Below are positions 27,520-38,716 of a stretch of DNA of 64,000 nucleotides, one piece after another. The DNA comes from Fimbriosthenelais zetlandica. Taxonomy: Eukaryota. Location: positions 29,512,001-29,576,000 of the forward strand of contig OZ365110.1 in the NCBI GenBank assembly GCA_977030845.1, given 5' to 3'. Every line of letters begins with the position of its first letter. Within the stretch, counting starts at the first letter, position 1. The translations under genes and the position numbers were made by a program. Under the pieces are notes generated by a model. That model was not told where the DNA came from and did no database searches. It saw nothing but the letters and a program-made list of their open reading frames with translations.

Positions 27520-27600
27520 ATGTTGTGGGGATTCGAACCCACGAGTCTGTTAAAACTTACATCAGACTACCAGCGCCCTTGACCACTGGGCCAACGAGAA
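27520..27600 (-). pseudogene. tRNA-Leu-derived Pol III cassette (pseudo-tRNA or SINE head)
   Basis: Minus strand GTTGGCCCAGTGGTCAAGGGCGCTGG...GACTCGTGGGTTCGAATCCCCAC has an A box and a B box and aligns to tRNA-Leu (TGGCCGAGCGGTCTAAGGCGCTGG...CGTGGGTTCGAATCCCAC). The anticodon and acceptor arms are disrupted. Confidence 0.7.
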
Positions 27601-27804
27601 CAGCCGTTAGAGGTAGTAAACCAAATGGTAATATTTCCAGAACCTCCCCAACCACGGAGGTTGATTATTCTACTGACCAGACACATTCAGCTGATACATT
27701 CGGTAGTTTTTAAAAGTTTTAAATTATGAATTGATATTAAATATATTTTCCTTTTCACCGTCGCTTCTCATGTACCACAATTTGTTGAACACCAACAGAT
27801 CCAA

Positions 27805-27887
27805 GCAGTCAGTGGCCGAATGGTTAAAGAGATGAACTCTCAATACGAGGGGCATGTCAAACTAGCTTCGATTCCTGCCATGTTCCG
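27805..27887 (+). pseudogene. tRNA-Ser-derived pseudo-tRNA
   Basis: GCAGTCAGTGGCCGAATGGTTAAAGAGATGAACT...CTTCGATTCCTGCC aligns along its length with tRNA-Ser (GTAGTCGTGGCCGAGTGGTTAAGGCGATGGACT...GTTCGAATCCTGCC). The stems are broken. Confidence 0.7.
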
Positions 27888-27970
27888 CGTTTTCGCTTTT
27901 TTTCCAACTGCTTATTTATTCTAACTCCCTTACTTGTATAACGTTTATATACACCCGTGTTCTTATAGCA

Positions 27971-28045
27971 GATTTGGTGGCCTAAATGTGTTAAGGTGCC
28001 ATTTAGAGTAGTACAAGAACATGGGTTCGAATTCCACCAAGGTCA
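27971..28045 (+). pseudogene. tRNA-Leu(TAG)-like pseudo-tRNA or SINE head
   Basis: GATTTGGTGGCCTAAATGTGTTAAGGTGCCATTTAGAG...ATGGGTTCGAATTCCACCAAGGTCA shows a degenerate A box, an intact B box, residual acceptor-stem pairing and a TTTAG loop. Confidence 0.6.
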
Positions 28046-28636
28046 TGATTTTTCTCTTTCAAACCAAATCCCCTCTTCGAACTCCCAAGCACGGTTTTTC
28101 ACCTAAAGTGAGCCCCAGACCAACATCTAATTCAGGTAATATATTTCGAGAGAAAAAACCTATGTCCTTACGTTTACTATGTTCATCTAGGTTAAAATCT
28201 CCTATCAACATGATTTTGCTCATTAGTTAATAATTCATCTCCTCCATTAAACTATATATTCATAAGACTATAAAGTTATTCTGGAAGTGTTTGATGGGCC
28301 ATATCAACCGTGTATCATTTCGAGACATCAATTGGAAGATTTCTTTAAATTCCACTACATGTACTTATTTTAAAAGGATGGAACCATTTAAATCTAGGTA
28401 TTTACCAATAATGTTTTTCATATCTATAGCGATTTGGTTTACTATGTTCATATAGGTTAAAATTGCCTATAAACAGGATTCTGCTCATTAGTTAATAATT
28501 CATGTTCTAAATTAAACGATAGATTTATAAGACTATAAATTCATTACTTTTCAAAACCTTAAAAGACGACATGATCATCATGGAAAACAATGACATTAGG
28601 AAACAGATTTGCTTTTCTTTATTGTACAATGACATT

Positions 28637-28950
28637 ATGAAACAGATTTTTAATAACAAAACATTTATTAATCGGAAAAGGCAAGCCCCTATTCTTAAAA
28701 AACTTACTAACTAGAGCAAAGTTTGAGGACACCTGCAAAACTGTTGGTGTAACTAAATGTGGTCAAACAATATGCCTTGCATGTAAATATACCATAGAAG
28801 GCGAATCATTTCCATGAACTTCAACTTCAAACTACCGTCAGCACTTAATTGTAACTCAATCAATGTACGCCAAGGTTGTAAAAAATATTACATTGGTAAG
28901 ACTGCTCTGAGATTTAGACTGAACAAACACAGACCTGACGTAAACAAACC
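28637..28950 (+). mobile_element. Penelope-like retroelement fragment (zinc knuckle plus GIY-YIG endonuclease), frameshifted
   Basis: Across shifts it translates RQAPILKNLLTRAKF...TKCGQTICLACKY...LNCNSINV..GCKKYYIGKTALRFRLNKHRPD. This is the C-terminal layout of Penelope/Neptune-type elements. Confidence 0.8.
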
Positions 28951-29047
28951 ACAAAATACCTATAACTACATTGTAATTATTATTATTTAGAGATCACCCC
29001 CACCCCACACACCCTATCTTATATACACCATACCCTAAATTATATAA

Positions 29048-29473
29048 CAGTCTTTCACGAGTCTTTTAAAACTTACATCAGCCCACTTGACCACTCGGCC
29101 AACGAGGACAGCCGTTAGACATGGTAAACCAAATGGTAATATTTCCAGAATCTCCCCAACCGCGGATGTTTTCGGGATTATTCTACTGATCAGACACATT
29201 AAGCTGATCCATTCGGTGGTTTTTAAAAGTTTTAAATTATGAATTTATATTAAATATATTTTTCACCTAAAGTGGGCCCCACACCAACATCTAACAAAGG
29301 TAATATATTTCGAGAGAAAAAAAAACATATATGTCCTTTCTTTCGTTTACTACGTTCATCTAGGTTAAAATTTCCTATCAACATGATTTTGCTCATTAGT
29401 TAATAATTCATCTCCTCCATTAAACTATATATTCATAAGACTATAAAGTTATTCTGGAAGTGTTTGATGGGCC
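29048..29473 (+). repeat. Direct repeat copy 2 (internally deleted derivative of 27477-28300)
   Basis: Same sequence as copy 1 but lacking ~27489-27542 and ~27751-28098. Both junctions fall at microhomologies (CAC; TTTTCACC). Confidence 0.9.
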
Positions 29474-31441
29474 TCATCATCGGCCTTGTTGTTCTATCGT
29501 GAGCCACAATGCATTCACTCGCTGCCTATATGGGGGGAGGGTGCTAACGCGCTCTTTGTTGTCTTGCACGTGCGTGAATCCTTACTCACCTTGTCGGTTT
29601 CCATGGTAAATGACTCACGGAGAGAGCCTGATGCACACTTTGACTCATCGGCAACTTTAGGACAATGCGGCGTCCCGCGCACGGCGTCAAACGCGAGCCG
29701 AGACGTCACGAGAACAATCAAATGTCGTCTGCAAGTCAGACGACACGCGCGAATTTCTTGAGTTTTTAACATATTCGAAATTGAATTAAATTTGTGAATA
29801 TTTCCATTGTGTTTTGACTCAGTCGAATAACCTTAATTTTATTTTCTACATTTTTACCTGAGATTTTTTCATTAATTAATATTAATCAATATATATTTTA
29901 TTAAGACATGAAATGTATGTGTACCAATTTATCTCAGTGAGCCAGCACTGTTTTTGAGGGTGGCTGAATTTGTCACACCTTTTGAAAGGCGATGGCTTGT
30001 TTCCGCCCCCTCCTGATCCAGATTTTAATTCGAGTCATTATGGCTGTTAATGCGCCATAGGTCAAACAGACAATATGGGGGAGGGGGCGAGGGATGTGTA
30101 GGGGGCAAATAGGCCGACCATCTGTTCATAGTAAAGCCTTCACTGAACCGTCACGGTTGGCTTCCTTACCTGGGTCCAAAATAAAAGGGGGCGCTGTGGT
30201 GAAATCACTGCTGGACATGATGCATCTGATATTATGTCACAGATTCCCAAACTACCTCAATAATCTAGAGTTACAACCGAAATTGTATTCCTAATATACA
30301 ACTAATAAGTAATATTTTGAATTTAAATTTACTGAATATGATAATTATGATACAATATGCTACATTTTTAAATATTTAAATGCTTATATATTTTTCAAAT
30401 GTTGATTAATCTTTCTTTGATAATTGTGTGGTCGCATTCCGTTGTAATCATTGTTGTCCCAATTACTTTCATATTCAATCCATATCAAATTATTAATTTA
30501 ATATCAAAGGTTCTAAGAGAAATGTAGAGATTCCTGAGGAAAAACAATTATAAATCAAAATTGGATCCCCCCGCCCCCTGCTCCCTTACATTGCCCCTCC
30601 TCGCTTCAACTTTTGTCAGTTAATGTGGGTCGCGGGATTTCGTTTTGTCGCTCGTCGCGTGCCGTGTAGAATAGCTACCACTTCAACAACAAACAGGACT
30701 CGGCGTCCCCACAAACTGCCAAGTGATCCGTCAACCCCAGAAATAGGGCGTCACTCATCTCCCCTTAGTGGGTTACCGTGGTACATATAGGCTATATTTT
30801 TCAGAAGACTTGGGTCAGAACAAATTGGCACTGAATATTTTTTGTGTGAGTTGTTCCTATTAATATTTATTCGCTTCCAGTAAAGTGCGCTTATTGAACA
30901 CGAATTAATTCAGGAGATCATATTCACGGAAAATGGTTTCATTTTGTACTTTTGATGGAGAGGGTAACGCGGGTTACTGTTATCAGTGTCACCCACTCCG
31001 GCTCAAGTGTCTTGTCAACAGCGACCGACGCCCTTCATGAATTTAGCGCCTCGTCGCGGATCAGCGGAGAGGAGGCGCGTCAGTAGCGTCCGCCACGTGC
31101 TGACTATTGTCACACAAGTTCATGCTTGACGTGTAAAATCTACACTGCCTTCTCAACGAGAGAGGTTAACCAAAACGTGTACTTGAAGACCCGGAAAATG
31201 ATACCTTATACATCGTTTTCATGGGCTGTGCAGGGGTGTAGTTTTTCTGGGTTGTGCTACTGTAGAAGCCAGTGAAGTCCTATGAGTATGACAATTTTCC
31301 TCGGAAATAATGTGGAGCCCTAATATAATGACCCATTGGTTTGATCTCTAACATTTCTTGCATGAAACAATATATATTTAACTAATAAGTTTAAACATTG
31401 CAATTGTTAAAAACTATTATAGAACTACTAGTGTACTGTAC

Positions 31442-31477
31442 CAACGAGTATAGAAAGACTTCTTTCTATACTCGTTG
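31442..31477. repeat. 17-bp-stem hairpin, member of a dispersed CAACGAGTATAG family
   Basis: CAACGAGTATAGAAAGA-CT-TCTTTCTATACTCGTTG. A degenerate copy lies at 34501-34530 and a half-site CTATACTCGTTGG at 15854-15866. Confidence 0.85.
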
Positions 31478-34400
31478 ACTGTACTAAAAAGTACTAAACT
31501 CCCGGTGGAATTTATTACCTCGCTTAAGGAATTATGTGGTTAAGGTCATAAAGATGTGTAACCTATATCAATCTCTGTGGCTGGAGGGAGAGTCTTTTTC
31601 AGCGTCAATGGGGATAGTGTCCATAATTTTAAATACGAGTTGTCAATGGGCAACATTTGAATAACCCATTTAGACCAAGATTAATTTCTTTACGATCAAG
31701 TCCATTGTGATCAAGCTATTTGTCGGATCAAAATCCAAATAAGTTAAGTACCGGTTTGTCAAGTCTATAAATTTAAGTTGGTTAACGCTGTTAGTTGAGT
31801 ATTGTTTGAGTAACTAGTTCTCGATTTTCTGATCCGAGCTGGGTATATCATCTTGACAGAGTCAGAAATCACAGGTGGTTTTTTTAACTCGTAAATGACA
31901 CTTTCCATCCCCGGACCTCCCTGATGCAACTTACCGTCACTCCACATCCACCTACCCACCTACCCACACAACCCACAAACCATAGTACCCACCATCTGCT
32001 TTCAGTTATGAATACAGATGTAAAACCTGCGTCTACCCCCCCCCCCCCCCCCATTTCTTACGGAAAAATACCTGAATGAATGTTATGGGTAAATGGCTTC
32101 AGTCATTTTGATAATCTCTTTAATTTATAAAGGAATATTTGATATAGCATTAGGTCTATGATAAAGTCACCCTTCTATGAGGCATGCAGGTTTTTATGTC
32201 AGCCAGGGCAGCCTCACTTCACCCCACATGGTCGTGAAAGGGAATTTATTGTATGGATGAGAGGAGCACGTGGTACAGAGACAGGTGTAAGCCAGATAAT
32301 GGTAGTTAACATGTACTGGGTGTTGCATGTAAATGTCTTATCATCACGCCTTCTCACAAAGTGTAGAGGACAATCGCTGAAATTGTCAGAAGTGTTAAAC
32401 TTTCGAGTGTGAAACTTTAATAATTCTTTTCATGACATCCGGATTCCATATTATGTTTCTGAGTAGGCCTATAGTAGAATCACCATCCAGGGCTTTACTA
32501 TCCCCACCTCCACACCCACTTCACACATTAATTGGAAGCATTGGTAAATTTGACCACTTAACTCCATTAAGGGCAATCAATGCATAGTTTCCACGTATAA
32601 AACCAGCAATGGACAACATCCCGGTCTAATTTACTTGACCACCTCTTTCATCTTCCGCCCCCTCCCCCTCACCACAACCTCACCCTCTCCCATCTTTATA
32701 CCTTTATTCAGAACTGGCCCATACCCGCCCTATACACCGCGGCCTTTCAAACTTCATAGATGATTCTGACACCATGGATGCTATTTGTGTCACACCACAT
32801 GCCCCCACCCTGAAATTCAGCCAAATTTAACATTTAAAATTTTGACATCTGCACTCACTTGTACAGAGGTTGTAAAGCCCGAAAAATGTGGAATGTCACG
32901 GCTAACTCCTCTGATCTTCTATAGGTAGCTCTACTGAAATTGTCCAGTGAACCCCCAATGAAAATCAATCACGGTTGTGTTGAATTTGGAAAGTAATTTA
33001 TCTTCGAAAAGTGGTAAAGAATTGTTACAGGTTTTTCATGCCGAGAGGATGTAGAGACAGGCGATAAGAATGCCAAATCGCAGATAATTTTCTGGTCCCG
33101 TGCGCGCGAATGAGCCTCGACCTTCTTCCTCCTTGCATGGTGGTCGCCCAGACGTAGACTTGCACTTCCCTGCCTAAATTTAGTCCAATATGGATCTACA
33201 TTTTTTGTAATTGTGATTATTTTATCATTCGAATATGTTTATGCACATTTCTGCGCAGTTTGATAAATAAAAACCAAAATCACTTTTCATCTAATTTTAA
33301 ACTCCATTTCTTATTCATTATAAATAATAAAAATTCTAAATAAATTCAAAAGCGGAGGAAGATAAAAAAATATATATATTATCCGTATCGGTACTTGACC
33401 ACGTGCAAATTAAGACTTGGGATTTCTTGGAGTGATTCTCCAATGGTCTTGGGCAAGTCTATGATTATCCTACCACCTGTTGTCCTGTTTCTCCTCCTTT
33501 GATTCACCCTCTCCCCATTCTTGCCTCCCGCACCCTCCACCCCATGTCCCTCATCACCTGTCCGCGGGTGATGTATTTGTGGCGTGTCTCAATAAAGGTT
33601 TCCTCACTACTAATGGGGAGAAAGAGGGGGCAGTGTAAGCCGAGAAGAGAGAGTATAAGGAGGCAGAAGTGGTTGTATAAAGGTCGGGGTCGGGTGGAGG
33701 GATCATGTCGGGGCAACACGATCCATTCACAGAAAACCCGCGCTTTTTCCTTTAGTGTTCTCCTCCACGTGCATTGAGGGAAACGCGGCACGGGCGTCCT
33801 ACAGATGGTTATCATCCATCCCACAGATGACATAGGGGATCTCCCTCATTCTTCCCTATCTCCTATTTCTTTTTCCCTATCCCCAATGTTCCCTGTGTCC
33901 CATATAGAGAAGCTAGTGATATGAATGAACTTATTAATTTATAATTTATTCCATTATACTCTATACCGGTAGGCCTAAATACATTCTATGCCATCGCGCA
34001 TCCTTTATTCCCACATTTCGTCATTCCCCGTCCTTCCAGCCATCCACGTTATCCCAGGCTCCCATTATGCTATACTTATTTCCCACTTCCTTCCCTGAAT
34101 CTCAAATATTAATCGTTTCATCTGTTTCAGTAGTACACATTTAAACATTGTCTAAAATCTTACATAATAAAATAGGGTGTGGGCAGACCCAGCTTTATGT
34201 GGAGGCATGCTTTGTAAACTTTAAAAGTATATTTATAGAACCTGTTGGATTTGGGTTTCATTAACATGCCAATTTATGCGCGCATCTTTTGTTCAACGGG
34301 GAAGGCGCAAACAAGTTAGCTGCGTCAACATAGCTGTCTTCAGTTTCCAACTTCAAGGAAATAGGTTGGGAGGCTGAGAGGGGGAGAGAGAATTAAAGAT

Positions 34401-37400
34401 GAAGGGGTCTAAAGCTATCAGTTCACCGCAGTGGTAAGGGCCTGATAAGGTAGAGTATCAATTAAGCCCTTCTCCTTTCCATTTTCTTATACTTTTTTCA
34501 CCAACGAGTACAGAATTCTATACTCCTTGGAATTCTGCATGGGTACAACCAGCAGATCATTATGTTCTGTATGATTAAGAAAACATATTTGGCGTTCGCA
34601 ATAATAATTATTATAATGTGTGAACAGAGGAAATAGCAAACCAAAAGGACAAGGATACATGTGCAAGTCTAAAGAGGACACCACATGGTATAAAATGTCG
34701 CTGGAGAAAACATGATAAGTTGATATCAATTACGATAAGGATTATCAAAAAGCGATTAGCTAATGACCCAACGCAACATTACGCCAGACAGGCGTGATAA
34801 AAAGATTCCAGCCAGTCGAGCCCCTTTGAGACTTTTTAAATACTTGTTTGCGACCAGGGATGACCGTTGAGAAAATCACCCGTGCCTGGAAACAGCTGAG
34901 GAATTAATAAAAAAAAATGATTCAGGGTGAGCAATAAAATGGGGGAGGACAATTATTTGACATTAATGTACCAGAGACTGAGAGAGAGTCAAGAGGGATG
35001 AAAGGGAATAAAATAGAAAGGAGGGAAATAGTTTTAATACTACATGTATAATACTATATACATACTATAGCATAATATTGAATGTTTTTACTAATTCAGT
35101 ATCCCTTTAATATCCCATTTAGATTCACCCGAGAACGCAGCCTCCTTTTAAGCAGGTGATGAATTCCACGTTTTCATGCACACCTAAAAAAACTTACATG
35201 CAAAGGGCAATGGGCCTGCACAGCATAATAAGAATGGCTAGTGGAATATTTCAGATAAGAGTGTGGCTTGGTCAGAGCTGCCAAATAATAGCTCCCTTAT
35301 CATGGTCCCTTCCCAGTCCCTGGTATAGCAGGTGTATTAGAACCAGTGCAATGGACCCTGGGGAAAAAATTACCCCACCCTCACCCAATCCTTAGGATCA
35401 GGTGCATTCCAATAACATGTTAGCTAAATATCAAATGTAAAAGTGCAATTTGATAATATCAATTTGTTTGATAACCTAAAACGAGATAATTTTTACTTCT
35501 ATGTGATTTTTCAAGGCAGGATATTGCTTAACTATGACACGCCAGGGGTTGGGGCATAATTAGAGTAGTCTTTGTATCCCATCTGTCGAGCGATCTCTGT
35601 GGTAAGGGTAGGAGTTGTTGCTGTTGTTGCAAGTGGGGACCTGCATGGGAGTAGCGCGGTGGGGGTCCGTCTGTAAAAGGTCACTTCTGACCACTGGTCA
35701 GTTCTCGTCGCTTGTTGCACTCAGTGGCTCTATTACCTCTCCTTCAGCATACATTGTACACCGTATCATCCATCAATGATAATATCATATCTCAGACTAA
35801 GTGTGGGTTTTCCACGACTAATTGGTCGTCTAAGGAACAATAGGTCATCAATTTCTATTTCATATATGTTAAAAACACGCAATCTCAGGTTTCCTGTTTT
35901 TCAAACCGAAATGCGAAAAATAAAAACACTGTGGGAAAAATCCAAAATGTTGACACTATTAAAATTCAAAATCCAAAATGTAGGCACAAAATAATTTCTT
36001 ATGGACACATGAAAATATTATGGGCTATGATTTGCCATGCGTAGATTTGGTTAAGAATAATTGCCCGTGCATTATTAATGCAAGATTTTGAAAAACAAAA
36101 TTATAACCCACGGACTGTTCCTGTCCTGGGGGAAGGGGCCGTTCAACCCCGCCCACCCATCTTGAAGCTTCTCCCTATCAACCAACCCAACCCCCACCCC
36201 AATACGTCCCCCCGACCCCCACACACCCCAGCTTTGACCACTCGCCTACCAACCCCTCCTCCTGCTGCCGGTCCACTGCACTGACCCAAATCGCACTTCC
36301 CTTAAACCAGAAAACAAGACCGTGATTTAATCACGGCCAGAGGGCCTGATTTGCATTGCATTTTAGTGGTGAGCAAAGGGATGAAAGCACCCTTCACTTA
36401 CAGGGCACATAGGGCTTTACTTAGGTGTAAATTTAAGTGGTTAATACTTGTTGACCCTGATGTAATGTCTTTCACTAATATATTCCTTTCATCCATAATA
36501 CTTTGATTCATATTTAACGATTGATACACTTCCAGGATTCAAGATTAGTTTGAATTTAGCTTAATTTTGCAAATACTCGGAATACGGAAGTGAACAATAG
36601 TTATCTGGGAAGTTGTGCTTTCTAGAAGGGAAGACAATGGGCACATGAAGAATTCAATACATGTCTATATACTTCCCTTATATATACTGTACATATTTTG
36701 AGTTTAAACGTATATATTCAATTTTGCACCGATTGCCCTGCCAATCGAACGGGATGGGGTCAAAGTTTATCAACCCCTCAATTCTCAGGTGGGGGAAACC
36801 CTCACCAACACCCACCCACCCACCCTTGGCGAGTTGGACGATATTTAGCATGGCCTAAAGGGAAGAATTCAAAGTGTGTCACCATATGCTTTATCTCTCC
36901 ACTGTTTCGTTTTTATAAATTTTAGTTTCCTGCGTTTTTTCCCACTAATCTTTGAAGAATTAGGCCTATCCTGCACATATAGGTGGCTGGGAACACACAC
37001 GAGGTAAATACACTCGGGTTTCATGGGGACTGTGAGGGAGGTTTTCATAGGAGAGGTGGGGAGGATATGGGGTAGTGCCTTATCTCCCTAGCTAAGCGTC
37101 ACTCTGAATTTATGATTGGTGATTGATGAGGATACATGTAGGAACCATTCAAAGATTTCCACAACATTTCTAGCGAATATCTGCAACTTAAACTCGGGCT
37201 GATTGACAGACGACCGTGGGAAAACTTACACCCCTATTTAATGGGTGACTTTTACCACAGTTAATAGGCGACTTAAGGACACTTAAAGTTAAACTATCTC
37301 CGATATTTGATACTAAGGGCCATTGGTTGTAGCACCTTTACTATCATACTTGTCGATAAAAGCTCAATATGATCAAAGCTTTTTACGAACCATGATATGT

Positions 37401-38710
37401 AAATCAAAAGGCTCAACATTAAAATTCTATTGACACGATTTAAGACTCCAAACAATGTCCTTGTCTGTCTTAGAGCAATATCTCATCCTAGGCCACAGTA
37501 ATAATGAAGCCTAAATGCAGATTTGGATATTAAGGAATGAGGTGAATATGAATTGTTATTATGGATATAATTGACCATACTGGTATATTTTCCTTGGTCT
37601 TCAAGTTAGAGTTGGGAGGGGGCTGAGCCATGGGGGTGGGGGTGGGGGGGGGGGGTGAGTAGGTGAGGGCGACAGTAAGGGAAGATAAGGAGACTTGTCA
37701 CTAGCCCACAGGCTTGATCCTTTCAAGTGTTAAAATGACAGACAGCAACCACAGGCTTGGTCTATACAAGGAAAGTTAGATAACCACAGTGCTTTTCCCA
37801 CTAAACTTGCCCAGGTCTAACTTTCTTTCCCCAAACTTGTAAGGTATGCCAGGCAGTACCAGAAACAAACACTAATTTCTTAAATTATCGGCGTTCAGGA
37901 TATATTAAAGTTATTTTTTACGTGGCAGTTATCAGATGTGCGATGTTAAAAAATTATTTTGTTAACTATATTTGCCTTATTTTTTGTTTGACTACATTTA
38001 TTCTTTTAAGTTCATTACAAGGGACTGGTGTCAAGTCTTTTCTAAGTATGTCTGTGGTGTGATGTGTGCCTCTTGTTGCTTACGGTGGCGGCGGCGGTGG
38101 CCGGCCCACGTGGTCGGGGTCAGGCAGGTGTTGTGGATGGAAGCATAATACGACCAGGTGTGCAATGTGTATGGAAGGGAACAAGGGAGACAAGATCTCC
38201 CCTACTTCACTCTTACAATCACTTTCCCACGATCCTATATATATACATCATATCCACCACGTGCTCCTCTTAATACAATTAAATAATGTCTCGTTTATGA
38301 ACTTGACATGAATCCTTGCTTCAGTGACATATTATATCCGTATCATGCTCAAGTTCAGCCGAAACCCCAGATTTAACTTTCATGAACATTTACCACATTT
38401 AAATTATATATTGATCTCTGGTTATCCCCTGTTGATCGACATTCAAGGATCATCTAATGAAATATGTTATTTTTGCTGAGGGTCCTTTTGTTTTGCCATC
38501 TAAGTAATTTAATGGGTATAAAATGTACAGGGTTCATTTACAGCTTTCATAATTCAATCTCGGTTCTCGAGTTACCATTTATTGATCAATTTATTTACAT
38601 ATTCTTATAATTATGTTATCTTTTCTTCCTTAAATATAGTCAGAGGTTTTCTGATTGAACGTGTAATGCGTAAAAAGCGAGACAAGAGAAAGTTTCATTA
38701 AAACAAACCG

Positions 38711-38716
38711 TTTATT
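38711..38716 (-). terminator. Likely nanos polyadenylation signal
   Basis: AATAAA on the minus strand followed by T/GT-rich sequence, at the end of a ~1.9-kb AU-rich tract. Confidence 0.55.

Larger units (their letters stand above)
27477..28300 (+). repeat. Direct repeat copy 1 (full) of a local duplication
   Basis: Highly similar to 29048-29473, e.g. TTAAAACTTACATCAG..., GGTAATATTTCCAGAA... and CTCATTAGTTAATAATTCATCTCCTCCATTAAACTATATATTCATAAGACTATAAAGTTATTCTGGAAGTGTTTGATGGGCC. A third partial copy lies at ~28438-28540. Confidence 0.9.

Noticed and set aside
27477-29473. CRISPR-like array or functional tRNA genes
   Set aside because: This is a eukaryotic locus with no regular repeat-spacer period, and the tRNA-like sequences have broken stems.
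29465-29490. Hammerhead ribozyme at the end of the Penelope-associated repeat
   Set aside because: The minus strand has GATGATGAGGCCC but lacks the CUGANGA core and a GAAA partner.
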